Below, piece by piece: positions 13,009 through 26,353 of a stretch of 64,000 nt of DNA. The notes beneath the pieces are model-generated. The model had not been told where the DNA came from. It was given only the letters and a program-made list of their open reading frames with translations, and searched no databases. Source of the DNA: Octopus sinensis. Lineage: Eukaryota. Each line of letters starts with the position of its first letter. Within the stretch, counting starts at the first letter, position 1. The position numbers were made by a program, and so were the translations under genes. The stretch covers positions 20,336,001 through 20,400,000 of the forward strand of contig NC_043020.1 of assembly GCF_006345805.1 (NCBI RefSeq). Direction: 5' to 3'.

Positions 13009-15844
13009 GTAGATGGAAACTGAAAGAAGCCTGTTGTGCGTGTCTTTGTGTCTGATTGTCCCCAACCATTGCTTTACAACCAGTGTTGGGTGTGTTTATA
13101 CTCCTGAAACTTAGCAGTTCAGCAAAAGATCTCAATAGAATAAGTACTACGCTTAGAAAAAAAGTAAGTCCTGGGATCAATTTATTCGACTAAAACCCTT
13201 CAAGGCTGTGCTCTAACCTGGCCGCAGTCAAATGTTTGAAACAAGTAATAGAATAAAAGAATATATAACTTTATTTCCCCCATTAACTACTAAGTGTTGT
13301 AAAACCATTCAACAGTTAAAGCAGTGCATCTTAAACTGATAAATACCATTTTTAGATATTAAACCTCTCTAAACACTGCCCAAAAGTTGAGAAGCTCCCA
13401 GATCAGGTTATAAAATATATAAAGACTGCATGGTTGTGGCTGAAGCTTACCAACCATGTGGACTACTATAGTTCTGGGCCAAACAAAGCCTTGTGAGTAG
13501 ATTTGGTAGAGGGAAAATAATGAAGCCTGTCATGTGTGTGTGTGTGTGTGTGTACACCTATTTCAATGTCATGTGATGATTGTAAATCAGCATCCCATCA
13601 TACAAATGATGCTTTTTGTTTCCAGTCTTCCATGAAAAACCTGTCTGGCCATGGGGAAATACTTGTTTTTTTTTTTTTTATGAAGATAGATTAGTTTAAA
13701 TACATTAGCAGTAACAAAAAAAAAACCCCACAAGATTCTAGGAATCAAACATGTTTTTAAAATAGACAAAAAAGAAAAAGATTACTATATACAACCCACA
13801 CTATTCCTTAAATTGAACACACCATGCATACATGCACACATTGAAAAATAATTAATAATAAGCTGTTTTTCAGACATGTTGAAAAATTAATAATAATATA
13901 TGTGTTCCCAGTAAAATTGTTTTCTGCTTAGGGATATTATAATTTCCTTGAATGCTCAGATTCCATTAGTGTATGGAACACACACATACTGATTACTGTT
14001 AATTGTTATTAAGCAGAACAGGAAAAATGTTCTCATGGATACCTAACAATACAGGCTCCTTTATCAGCAAGAGAATTTCAAGCAGTTATTTCCTTTTAGT
14101 TTAGCCTAGCTCTGTATAATTTCCTTGCAATAAGCTCTTTGTTCTTTGATTGATTATTTCTACTTGTGGTCAAAAGCTTGCTTAATACCACAGTTCCATC
14201 AGAAACATGTTCAAGTAAAAATATACATGATTATTTTGAACTATTCAGATCATCTCAATAATTATGAATACAAATTTTCATGGTTTCTCTCATGAACTTC
14301 AGATACAATTTTATCTGAAATTACGTCAATTTTTTTTTTTTTTTTACTAGAATTTGGCAGAATATTGATAGTCTGATTCTGTGTTGGCAAGAGCTAATTT
14401 AGTAAAGTTCACTGACTTAAAACCAATAAATAACTGTTAATTATTCTATCAACAGGGGGGGAATGAAAAACAAAGAGGAGGTTGAGCATCACTTGAACTA
14501 ACAATGAGTCACCAAACATTGATACTATGAAAATATGATTATTCCATTTTCTTTTATGACAATAAAGGAAATATATTTCTGTCGTCAGATGAGACTGTTT
14601 AATTCTTGCAACTATAAGGATGAGACGATAGTTTTAATTAACAAGACTTAAGCAAATTGTCAAACATTTTTGTCAGATTGCAAAATGAGCCACTTGAAGC
14701 AGAGTTTTGTTACTATGTCTGTTTGTTTCAGTTAATTTGAAAAATAATGCATTTTGTAAAATAAATTAGTTATTAAGCTGGTGTGCTGGTGTTTGGAACA
14801 TATTAACATGAAATTTTTAAGGAAGGTTTTAATTCAAACCACTTTAAAGCTGAAAGGAGTTGGCATCAAAAAGGTTAAATGAAAGACGTTCATGAATGAT
14901 TGAATACCGATACAGATTCTACAAAAATGCCAGTCCATATAGAAAATGTAAGCTGCAAATGGGTAATTTTAGGCTACTCGTATGTAGCTGGAGGACTGCA
15001 AACCAAAATACCACATCAGTTTCCTTTCAATTTAGTGCACTATTAGTTATTTTCTCCCTATTCTTACATACTCTGCATTCAGGACCATACCAAAGGGCAC
15101 AACATCAAACCAGTGATGGGGATGTAAATTTATGACTTTTCAACTAAAAGGTTATTAGCTTCACCACTCACCTATTGTGAAATAGCAATGTTGTGTCAAT
15201 CAGCAACAGTCAGTCTTAGCTGATCCACATGAATCTTCAAAGTTAAATTTTTTCATTTCAGGTGTAAGTATTGCCATTATCACCAGAGACAGACCCCCCC
15301 CCCTTAAAACCTTTTCCAGTCTCTTTCAATCTAGGTCAGAATACTTTTACCACTGACTATTATTCTAAATACACAAATTAGGTCAAATGACCATTGGTCT
15401 CACCAAGAACTGGAATGACATCTCTTATTAAGAGGTCAAAAGATAAAATTCAAACAGGAAGGAAAAGAAAACAATCCCCCCAAAGAAAAGTTTATACATC
15501 AAAATGAAGTTTATTAGTGTAGCATGGCATAATGAAGTAATTGAAGGCAATGGCTCTAATGGGAAAACTAAGATAATGGAGGCATAGCTATGTAGTTAAG
15601 TAGCCCATTATGCTATCATTTGGTTTCAGGTTCGGTCCCTCTGCCCACCACTTTGGGCAACTTCTACTATGACTCTAGGCCAACCAATACCTTATGAGTG
15701 AATTTGGCAGACAGAAACTGTTTGAAACCCATCATGTATGTGTGTCCACCCCAACACTTGACAAGCCATGTTAGTTTGCTTATGTCCCCTGTAACTTAGC
15801 AGTTCAGCAAATGACCAATAGAATAACGATTTTAGCCATTTTCC

Positions 15845-16870
15845 TTTTTAACATAAAAATCATGGGAGAAGCCTTTCCAGTAAAAAAAAAAAAAAGAAAG
15901 AAAGAAGAAAATGTAGATATTTTCTGAGGAAAAGGTGAACAATTCAAGGGGAGTTTTGCTGTTGTTTCTAACACCCCCAACCTTTCCACTCACACATGTT
16001 TTTTCAATATTTTTCTCCCTTTAACCACATTTTATGGAATGATGATGCCGAAGTAACACATGTGGTCCATTAGTGGAAAAAAACAACAAAATAAATTGTA
16101 ATCTAAATTTTTACCCCCACCTGAATCAAACGAAGTCGTGTGTGTGTGTAAGACATTTTCTAACCATAAAGTGAATTATCGTTTACATAACTCTTTTTTT
16201 TTTAAATCAACAACTGCAGTGTAGAAGATGTTTGTAAGCCATTCATGAACACAAAAAGTTTCACTTCAACATTTAAATTTCATTTGTGTCAAAATATTTT
16301 TGTTGCTTTGAAACTGCGATGTGTTCACTGACAAAACTTCTCACTGCATCACCATTGTGAAGTTTTGTCAGCAAACAGATCACGGTTTCAAAGCAACGAA
16401 AATATTTTGACACATGAAATTTAAATGTTGAAATGAAACTAACTTTTTGTGTGTTTTTGAATGGCTTACATCTTCTACAATGCAATTGTTTTTGTTTCAG
16501 TACATGATCTCAGATCAAGTCACTTGCTATTCAAGAACATCTCTATAATTTTTTTAAATCACTGTGGATAAATGCCAGCAATGACCAATATTTTAATTTC
16601 TAAGCAGAAATAATTGGGGCAGGGTTGCAAAAATTCATAATTTCTCAAATAGTTTTTTTTTTTGCATATAAATGTATTTATGGGGAAAAAATATTGAAAA
16701 AGCATTAATACACATGCGAGAGTGATAAAGAAGCGAGGAGGGTTGTCTTTGGATGTGCTAGAAACAACAACCAAATTGCCTTTAAATCACTCACTTTTCC
16801 CTCTGAAAATATTAACAATTTTTTACTATTTTTTTTTTACTGAAATGCTCTTCCCATGGTTTTGAAGCAC
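15845..16870. repeat. Old ~1 kb foldback element with nested inverted arms
   Basis: Inner arms about 16212-16350 and 16353-16490 are clear reverse complements (GTAGAAGATG..GTAAGCCATTCA..CAACATTTAAATTTCAT..GTGTCAAAATATTTT..GTTGCTTTGAAAC). Outer arms about 15845-16030 and 16670-16870 are more diverged. Confidence 0.75.
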
Positions 16871-17422
16871 AAAAGATACCAATTTTCTTGAAAGTTATGA
16901 GGGGAAAAAGTTGGATCATGTGAAATTTCCCAAACTCCTCTCTACACCACCTCGAAAAAATTCATTCCCATAAATCCCTATATACTCTGAAGCCACAACA
17001 TCTAAACAGTTTTTGTAGAAAATTTTGTTAAAAAGTATCCATTTTTCTGGATGTTATGAGGCAACAAAGTCGGGGGGGTGCATATACAGCTGTAGTAATG
17101 CCCTTTTTATATGATTTTTTTCATTTCATTCATTGTTTGCAATGCTCTCCCCACCCCTTCTCTCTCACACACACACAATGCAAAGCTAACAGATGGGCTG
17201 CAGAATTGTAATCTCTATGTTGCTTTGAGGGGAAGGTAAAACTTGACAAATTGCTTCTCCCTCTGATGTTGGATTACCATGATGTTTGTTTAAAAGAGAG
17301 AGATTATGACTAATAAAATAATGAAAGTAACTTTTACTAAGCAAGGAGCACTATTATACAAAGAAATAATAAGACGTAAAATATAAAAATTATTAGAATT
17401 GGGAATCAAATGTGAAAATATT

Positions 17423-17634
17423 CTTTTCTACTCTAGGCATAAGGCCCAAAATTTGGGGGGAGGGGGCCAGTCGATTAGATTGATCCCAGTATGCAACTGG
17501 TACTTAATTTACTGACCTCTAAAGGATGAAAGGCAAAGTCGACCTTGGTAGAGTTTGAACTCAGAATGTAAAGACAGGAAATACACTAAGCATTTTGCCT
17601 GGCATGCTAACATTTCTGCCAGCTCACTGCCTTG
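17423..17634 (-). mobile_element. Full-length SINE with 15-bp TSD
   Basis: AAATGTGAAAATATT at 17408-17422 and 17635-17649 flanks a complete copy of the family seen at 0.1-1.4 kb. Confidence 0.92.
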
Positions 17635-17658
17635 AAATGTGAAAATATTTTTGAGGGG

Positions 17659-17696
17659 CTAGCAGAAAACCGCCTGGAGGGCAGTCTTTCTGCTAG
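17659..17696. repeat. Small palindrome bounded by CTAG at both ends (Helitron 3-prime-end-like)
   Basis: CTAGCAGAAA (17659-17668) and TTTCTGCTAG (17687-17696) with a GC-rich 18-nt centre; resembles the ...CTGCTAG-T terminus of the Helitron at 18988. Confidence 0.55.
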
Positions 17697-18613
17697 TATT
17701 TCTAATTGTAATAATTTTTCACAGCAGAAGTGTATATCTGTAAGGAGAAATGAAGTATTCTAGTACTGAATGATTACTGTAATATGACAAAGAGCTATAG
17801 TGTGTCATATAATACAAAGGACTACAGTGAAAATAAATGATATGGAAAGTAATTCTAACACAAACCTGACTGTTTAGAAATTAGGTAGGTGAACAAATAA
17901 CTGTCCCTCAAAACTTGATTTTGATTCAGGATTCTTTCATAACTGATAGAAACCCAAATAAATAGCACTATGATTATCAAGATTTTTACCTAATATTTCT
18001 TTGAGACACACCTTGCTTTAATTCCACCAGGTTTGATAAAACATGTAACAGTAAAATCTGGCTGAGAAACTAATACATTATTCCTGAGAGAAAAAAATCT
18101 GCATACTGTTTGTTTTCAGAACCCAAATATTAACAGGGATTATAGAAATATAAACCCATGAAAATTGTTCAACATTGCCACTGCATGCCAACAGTTTATA
18201 CTGAATCCAGTTAGGTTTCCCTTAATACTATGGTCAACATTAGATACAAGAAAGCAACATCCAACAACTGCATTACCGAATATACACAGCACAGTCCATT
18301 ATATAGTATCTCAAGAGCTATTGCTTATTATTTGATAGCTAACTCCACACCGTAAGAGTGTCAGAGCAGATAAAGGCTAAAAGAACATCAACGAGTGTTA
18401 GATAGTGCAAATGGACAATTTGGTAATTCAGGTATATTAATTAGTTAAAAACAGCTTTCAACTTAACTTATATGTAATGAAGTAGAGAATACTCTGGAAG
18501 AGTTTAACACATTCCTGGAGCTGACATTTATAAACTCCAGTGGGATATGCATGTAAGTGCGCACATGCACACACACTCATCAAGGGAAAAAGAAAAAGAC
18601 AAGTTTGTCTTCA

Positions 18614-18988
18614 TCTCTCTCTATATAAACGGCAGTTTGTCTGTGCGTGTTTCTGTGTGTCTGTTTGCTTGTACCCTCACCCTGACCACGGCTTTCAACC
18701 GATTCTGATGAAACTTGACACACACATAGCCCAATGTCATAATTCAAAACTAACGCAGCGAAAATTTTGAAAAGTTCCCCCAGTTCTGAAAAAAATCGAT
18801 AAATTCGACATGGGGTCGAGAATCAGAAACACGAACCACGAACTGTGTAGGGGACGCAACTCCACCTTTTTTAACTATCAAAAAAAAATTTACCATCATT
18901 TTTTTGCTGTTTTTTGGCTATAACTCTCTAAAAATGCTTTATAGTTATTTCCCTTACAAACCAGAGCAACGCCGGGCGATACTGCTAG
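18614..18988 (+). mobile_element. Non-autonomous Helitron
   Basis: 5-prime TC after A18613; 3-prime GC-rich subterminal segment GCAACGCCGGGCGATACTG then CTAG followed by T18989 (A|T target, no TSD); CpG-rich, so likely young. A truncated Helitron-type 5-prime end (TCTATATTAATAAAAGTG) also lies at about 58005. Confidence 0.85.
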
Positions 18989-19793
18989 TTGTTAGAAATT
19001 TGATAAGGATATAGCTGATTGACTTAAATACAATAAACTACATCAACACTTATTGATTGAAACAACAAGCATCCATTTCTGCTTGACCAGGTTCAAAATA
19101 ACTTTACTGTTACATCATTATTTCACTGACTAAAAGTGAAGTTGTTGAATTACTGTGTCTTGCTTAACTTTAAACAACGTAATATCCCATACAGGCAGAT
19201 GGTGGAGCTCAAAAGATATTTTTACTTTTAGCTCAACAAAAGAGTTGTACAAATGCTTCATTTAATTATCACACAGAAGAGACAAGAAAAAAAAAAAAAC
19301 ATAAAATGTATTTAATATTTTTATGGAAAGCCTAGCAGGTCAGATATTCATGTTCAACCCCCACCCCAAACAATAATGGTTAAAATCCCCTCCTCAATTA
19401 GGTCTTTAAAATATTGAATGAAACCTCAACAATGAGATCAAGGAAGAGAACTGGTTAGGCATATTTTGCAAATTATTTTTTCTAGTTCATTGATATATAT
19501 ATATAAACACACACACAGAGAAAAAAATTTAGAAAAACACAAAAATGAAAACAGTAAAACAGTTACTGTTGAATCATCAAATTAATTGTAAGACTATTGC
19601 TGTTTGGTTCGTGTTCTAGAACAATAAACATCTAAGTCTAATATCTTCTTAATCATTGTACCTGACAGAGAGAGAGAGAGATAGATGAGGTTAGACAAGA
19701 ACTATAAACACACTGGGCTACCAATTACATAAGCCAAACATTAACCATTACATAATACCGCTGGATAAAGGACATAATTCTCCTTGGTTTCAG

Positions 19794-19858
19794 TCTGTTG
19801 AGTTGACAAAAGGTTCTAAACAACTTTGTGCAGTAGACTTCCCTAGCTTCAACAACAT
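19794..19858 (+). CDS. Candidate coding exon (SVELTKGSKQLCAVDFPSFNN-), gene unknown
   Basis: Acceptor ttctccttggtttcAG and donor GTAAGT; only frame 0 is open; ends in phase 2, matching the exon at 21484. Confidence 0.42.
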
Positions 19859-21483
19859 GTAAGTGTTCTAATGAAGAAAACTATTAGCATCGAAAAATTA
19901 GATTATAATACTGCGCATATGCTAACCAATCATCAAAAGCCTAATTAAAATTTCAAATGCAAACCAATATTAAGATAGTTTAAGTCAAGACCAGTAGTTG
20001 AAAATGATATTGTATAGTTGATTAAATCTGTTAATGATACTATTTACTGACTTTAATGGGATGAAAGATGGTGGCTTCTATTATAATTCCATTCACATTT
20101 AATATGCGTTTAGTAATCAACCTCGGTGCTTGACTGGTACTTTATTTCATTCATCCCAGACAAGACTGATAAAGCAAAACTGACCTTGGCAGGATCAGAA
20201 CTTAGAGCATATAGAAGCTGTAATCAAATGGTAAAAGGATTTTCTCCAAAAATAATAATTCTAATTCACCATCTTGACTTTGGTCAGACTAGAGAAAGTA
20301 CTTTATTGCTTGGCATTATTAACTAACAAGATGGTAAGCTGGCAGAATCAGTGTGTAATTTAAAATGCTTAATAAGCAATTTTTCTAGCTCTTTAATGTG
20401 CTGAGCTCAAATTCCACCTAGGTCAATTTGACTTTTCATCCTTTGACGGTCAATAATATAGAACACCTCCAGCCCAATTACTAGCCTTGTGCCAATATTT
20501 GAGACAATAATTAACCAATCTTTCCACCATTTTTGATTAATAAAAGCAATGTTTTCCAACAACTTACTGTTATACCACTGCACTTAAACTTAGTTAAATA
20601 AGATAGTCATGGCAGGTAAACCACATACCACTTAGTTAAACCGTCATTATGCCATAAATGAAGGACAAGATTTAGTTTCCAGCAATATCTCAAAATAACT
20701 AAATAAAAATGAGAACAAAATAAAGTTATACAAACACATATTTCAGTAAAAATATTTCCAATGAGAAATATACTTGAAAACTGTGAGAGATGAGAATATT
20801 AGCTATGTCTCAATACTAAATTAGACAATATGGATTAGAAGAGATAGATTAAACAAAATGATGTTTAAATGACACACTTTTGATTGGATAACGAAGTCAC
20901 AATGCCCTGATATCATGAAAGATTTACAGAGCTGTTTGGTAAAATAAATTAATCAAATAAATAGAAATTTAAATATAAAGAACTGCAATTCATTATGTGA
21001 ACAGGAAGAAAAAGATTAGAAAAAAATAAAAATCATCCATTCATAAGGGATTCTTTACCTTGATTTCTATGGTAACATTTTTAAAAGGAAATTGGATTAT
21101 ATATGAAAGAATCTCTAGCAAGCAAAATTGAAGTAGAAATTTAAATTAAAATTGATTAAGAGATTAATACATAAGCTGTGGAGTGAGGGTGTTTAACAAT
21201 GTTTTTGTAATGAAGAAATCAGAAATAATAATTTTTTTCCCTATACTTCCACCCACCTATTTTTGTTAAATGTTGAACATGGGTTGTTAAAAAATATGAA
21301 TTTATTTTCAAGCAAGCTGTGCCTATCTGTTGATCAACTGCTAAGTCCTTACTGAAGTGTCATATAGCAATCACTGACGAAGAATAAGCAAAACTGAAAC
21401 AGGTTTGTGGATTTGCTTCACTTAAAATAGTGTCCTCAGCATAAGCAAGTTCACACATACACATAAATAGATATATATCTCAG

Positions 21484-21550
21484 ATTTGATGAGAATTTTG
21501 CATATGTTGCTGCTACAATGACAAAGGAATATTTCAACAGACTTTGGCAG
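21484..21550 (+). CDS. Candidate coding exon (-FDENFAYVAATMTKEYFNRLWQ), gene unknown
   Basis: Acceptor atatctcAG and donor CAG|GTATGA; phase 2 to 0; joins in frame to 19794-19858 (AT+A = Ile). Confidence 0.45.
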
Positions 21551-21653
21551 GTATGAAAATCAAAGCTGCATTTAATAAGATCATGTCTCATAATGTTTTG
21601 TAGTATCAGTGCTAACATTTTGAGAAATTAAACTGGACCACCACTGGTAATTT

Positions 21654-21811
21654 TCATTCTCTTTTAGTGCCTTATTATTTAACACACTCACCAGTAAAAT
21701 TTCCACTTATTTCTTATTTTTATTCTCTAAAATTTTCGAGAATAAAAATAAGAAATAAGTGGAAATTTTACTGGTGAGTGTGTTAAATAATAAGACACTA
21801 AAAGAAAATGA
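21654..21811. repeat. Near-perfect hairpin, 74-bp arms, 10-nt loop
   Basis: 21654-21727 pairs with 21738-21811; only two mismatches (C21659/A21806, C21670/A21795). Confidence 0.97.
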
Positions 21812-21819
21812 CTCTCCCC

Positions 21820-22800
21820 AGACACAACAGAATATGCTTCAACACACGAACTCATATAAAGAATCTTGCAAACCAAATCCAAAAACGTAAGTAATACTGA
21901 CACAACCTGTGTTAAAGAGTGAGGAATGAGTACCACATTATATCACATACACACCAACTGAACAGTAAAGGAAGGAATAAATACATTATGTGAATAAGTT
22001 CTCCAAGAACCTAGCTGTTCCACGTGATCCAAATTTACCAGAACTAACCTACTGAAACAGAAATTTGGAGAAGAAACACCCATATTGGCATGAATACATA
22101 TACTGCAAGCTAAAGGATGCCAACAGCATTGAGAAGAGGAGTCATCTCTCCTGGACCCGTGACAAACCTCACATCCCATTTAGATAGACCTTCATTATTC
22201 ATGAACAGGTGATAGCTGTTAAATACCAAATCAATAATAGAAATTAAGATGCCTCTAAAACTCTGATGTAATAGAAACTGTCAATTATGCCATACAAGTG
22301 TGGAAGATATCTCATCAGCAGGAGCTGCCACAAAATATCAAGGTACAACCTTCCCATCAGACAACATGATTACTGAAATGATTTACAATACTTTCCACAA
22401 GGATTGTCCAAATGGTTATATCAAATGCATACATCTACAGAGCAATCTAGTGCAACACTACAAATCTAATAGTTTCCTCAGACATGTAATACAAGTCATG
22501 CCCTATTTTAACAGTCCACTGCCAGAAAAAGTGAATGCCAATCACAAAGTTGTGGAAAAAAAAAAACAATCTACTGAAAACTAACAGAGAACTTACAGTT
22601 TTCTTAATTAAAGCAAAATATAGATTTTCACCTGTATCTATTATCATGGGTGCACAAGGTTATATAACAACAGATTTGCATAAAACTCTAAAAATGGTGA
22701 GATCTCCAAGAAAGAATACACCAAACTGATCCAAAACCTCCATCTCCAAAATATGACAACTGCAGTGAAGATTTGGAAAACAAACAAAAAAACTTAATCA
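21820..22800 (+). mobile_element. Degenerate RLE-type (R4/Dong/NeSL-like) non-LTR retrotransposon 3-prime part
   Basis: Frameshifted CQLCHTSVEDIS..SCHKISRYNLPIRQHD (zinc-knuckle region, about 22278-22370), an SCP motif and PVSIIMGAQGYITTDL near the C-terminus; many stops. Right end approximate. Confidence 0.7.
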
Positions 22801-23081
22801 CATATAAGCATATGACATGAAGCATGTCCTAAAGAAACATGTGCACCTATAACTCAAGCAACATCTACAAACATACATACACACCCCAATTCACTCATAT
22901 AGTCACCTACCTCTGGAACAGTCTTGACTCAAAAATGCCTCGATTCTTTGTTAACCTAGGTACATACAAATATATATATACATATATATCTACATATGTC
23001 TACACACACACGCATATATACATATATATATATATGTATGCATACAAGGATTAGACAAAATAATGAAAACCCCTTAAAATT

Positions 23082-23245
23082 TCAAACAAATTTATTTAAA
23101 TATGAGATAGGACCACCTTTGGTAGTAATTACAGCTTGAATTCTATAAGGTACAGACTTGTACAAAGTTTGAATTGTTTCCAAAGGAATTTTTGTCCATT
23201 CTTCAGCTAAAACAGTCTCCAGTTCTTGTAGTGATGATGGTGTAT
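23082..23245 (-). mobile_element. Tc1 transposase C-terminal fragment
   Basis: LQELETVLAEEWTKIPLETIQTLYKSVPYRIQAVITTKGGPISY fits the Tc1 tail pattern W..IP...I..L..S.P.R..AVI..KGG.T.Y. Confidence 0.85.
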
Positions 23246-23384
23246 ATGTGTATATGTAAAAAAATACAAACTGGGATAAGAACGCAAAACATTTAGAAGA
23301 CGATACAAAAAACACGGACGGGACATTTGAAGCCTTCAATCTTCAGTCAAGAACCGGATCATCCTCGCAATTTCGGCTGATTAA

Positions 23385-23416
23385 TTATACATACATACAT
23401 ATATATATGTACATAC

Positions 23417-23449
<33 letters not shown>

Positions 23450-23806
23450 TATATATACATATACATATATATATATACATACATATACACACACACACAC
23501 ACATATATATATACACATACATACACACACACACACACATATATATATACATACACACACACACATATATATATATACATACATACACACACACACATAT
23601 ATATATATATACATACATACACACACACACATATATATATACATACATACACACACACACACATATATATATATATACACATACATACACACACACACAT
23701 ATATATATACACACACACATATATATACATACATATACACACACACACATATATACATACATATATACACACACACACACACATATCTATATATATACAT
23801 ACATAT

Positions 23807-23837
<31 letters not shown>

Positions 23838-23884
23838 CATACACATATATACTTTATTTAAAAGCAGCAGAAATTCAACAAAAC

Positions 23885-23925
<41 letters not shown>

Positions 23926-23940
23926 TGTATCTATATATAT
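23385..23940. repeat. Compound (TA)n/(CA)n micro/minisatellite
   Basis: Repeating ATATATATACACATACATACACACACAC-like units; source of the spurious YIYIHTHT and CVCVYI ORFs. Confidence 0.97.
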
Positions 23941-23941
23941 G

Positions 23942-25143
23942 CGGTATGATTTGTCACAAACTGCGTGGTCTCGGCATAGGCGGAAAACTTGGAGAGTGGC
24001 TGTACAACTTCCTAAAAGATAGAAGGCAGGCAGTTGTGACGAATGGAGCCACCTCCAAGGAAACACAAATAAGTGGTGTCCCCCAGGGCACTGTCTTGGG
24101 GCCACTGCTGTTCATAGTGGCCCTTTCAGACATGCCCTCAGTTACTAAGATGGCCACCCTTGCTAGCTATGCAGATGACACAAAAGTCTCCCACACAATA
24201 CAAAACCCTGAAAATATTGCACATCTGCAACAGGAGTTGGATACAATATACAGGTGGGCTAAGGACAACAACATGCAGTTTAAATCAGGTAAGTTTCAGG
24301 CCCTGCGCTACTGACACACAAAGGTAAATGACATGCAGACTGGATACACTGGCCCGGGAAGAATTGCAATCCCCGAGTCAAAATCAGTGCGTGACCTGGG
24401 CATTGACATGAGCAATGATGCATCTTTCCAAGTGCATATTACTAATTTGGTGATAAAATACAGACGGCTAGCTGGATGGATTCTCCGAACTTTCAGAACA
24501 AGAGAGAAGGAGACACTGATGGTCCTATGGAAAACTTTCGTCCTCAGCCGCTTGGACTACTGCTCCCAACTATGGTCACCACACAATATAAAACTATCAG
24601 CAGAACTCAAAGCAATTCAAAGAAGCTACACTAAGAAGATCGTCTCAATGTAACATATCAGCTACTGGGAAAGACTGAAAGTATTTAAACTCTTCTCCCT
24701 AGAGCGAAGGTGGGAGAGATATGAGGTGATATACATCTGGAAAATCCTGGAGGGTCTTGTCTCAAACTTTGGCATTCAAAGTTACTCCAACCGCAGAACT
24801 GCATGGTGCCAAAGATTCCAACATCACCATCAAAATACAGGACCAGATACTGCAACAGCTTGGGTTTCAGAGGACCACAGCTCTTTAATATTCTCCCTAA
24901 ATGCCTGAGAGACTTGCATGGTGTGGATGTGGGTTTCTTTAAAACTAAACTGGATCTCTTATTGTTGGGGGTCCCAGATGACCTACCTCATGAGAGGAGA
25001 CACAGATGCGGACTGCAGCATCGAACTCCCTTGTTGACCAAGTGCCACATATCAGAGGTAGATTCACATATTAGTGTAGCTCATTCAGCGGTGGTGCCCC
25101 AGCATGGCCGCAGCCTTCAGGCTGAAACATTTTTAAAGATTTA
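23942..25143 (+). mobile_element. 5-prime-truncated CR1/L2-like LINE (RT pseudogene) inserted in a microsatellite
   Basis: SGVPQGTVLGPLLF, SYADDTKV, RLDYCSQLWSP and GPQLFNILP motifs with internal stops; 3-prime end GCAGCCTTCAGGCTGAAACATTTTTAAAGATTTAA; flanked by TATATATATACACACA(CA)TGTATCTATATA on both sides. Confidence 0.93.
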
Positions 25144-25339
25144 AGGATATATATATATATATATACACACATGTATCTATATACATATATATAGACATGT
25201 ATCTATATACATATATATATATACATGTATCTACATATATATTTATATACTATTTATATGATCGAACGCCATGCACTCTTTTCCAAGTATATATATATAT
25301 ATATATATAAATATATATATACATACATACATATATATC

Positions 25340-26345
25340 CATATCTTTTCCCCACATCTCTCTCCCCTCCTTTGTTTCTCTCTACAGCTACCGTCCCCCT
25401 CTCCCTCATATACTTCTCATTTTCCCTCCACTTCTCACTCCATCTCTCCCTCTTCCTCACATCTTTCATTCTCTCTTCTCTCTCTTTCCCTTCCCCTTCT
25501 CTACCTCTTCTGTCTCTCGCTATTGCTCAACACCTCCTTTCTCTTTCTTCATATCACCCTCTGTCTACCTATATTTCTATCTATTCATCTCCATTGTCAA
25601 TGGAACCTCACCCAAACAAAAACAATGTTCTCTTCTAAACAAAACACCCAAAAAACATCTGTTTTATATAAATGAACAAGCTGTTTGTACATTCACAAAA
25701 TTCTATTTGGCAAGTTCAAGAAACAAACGAAAGCACTAATAATAATAATGAAGAAATACAAAGATTTTTTTCCTAAAATTCTGACAACTCTCTTCTCAAT
25801 ATTCAGTTTCTGTACATTAATTACACTTAACACTCAGTACATACATATACCTATATAGACATTTATCGTTCTTTTTACTTTATGTTTTTCCTGCAGCGGG
25901 CCCTCTCTATCTATACCTTTCGCTTTTCTTTTTCCTTCCTATCTTCGTTACCTCTTCCTCTCTCCTTGCTTCTCCCTCCCTTTGTCTCTCTTTACACCTA
26001 CCTCTCTCCCACTTGTATCTTCCTCCCTTTGTCTCTCTCTACATCTACCTCTCTCCGTCATTCCCTCCCTTTCATATCTTCCTCCTTTTTCCACTTCTGT
26101 CTCTCTCTGCATCTACCTCTCCCTCATACTTCTCACTCTGTCTCTCCCTCACATCCTTCATTCTCTCCACTCTCTCCCTCACTTTGTATCTCTTTCCCTT
26201 CTCCTCTCCCTCCGTCTCGCTGTCACTCCACACCCCCCTTTTCATTCTTCATATTACCCTCTCTCTTTCCTTCATATCTCCCTCTATTTTTCCCTTTACC
26301 TCCCTCTGTCTTTCACTTCCTCTCTATCCTCCCCTCCCCTTCTGG
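25340..26345. repeat. Duplicated long polypyrimidine (CT-rich) unit
   Basis: CTCCCTCATA(TA)CTTCTCA.. and TCTCGCT...CTTCATAT(C/T)ACCCTCT occur at about 25400-25565 and again at about 26120-26270 (period about 700 bp). Confidence 0.8.
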
Positions 26346-26353
26346 CTTAGAAA

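Noticed and set aside
15580-15660. tRNA-like A and B boxes here and at other SINE heads
   Set aside because: No cloverleaf; these are SINE heads. No true tRNA, rRNA or CRISPR array was seen in the window.
23325-23375. GAAA and CTGAAGA motifs on the minus strand
   Set aside because: Order and stems do not give a hammerhead fold in the sequence present; the element is cut off by microsatellite.
23359-23949. Overlapping 130-180 aa ORFs (CVCVYIY / YIHTHT)
   Set aside because: Translation of TA/CA microsatellite; the same applies to ORFs at 59.7-60.0, 62.2-62.9 and 63.2-63.4 kb.
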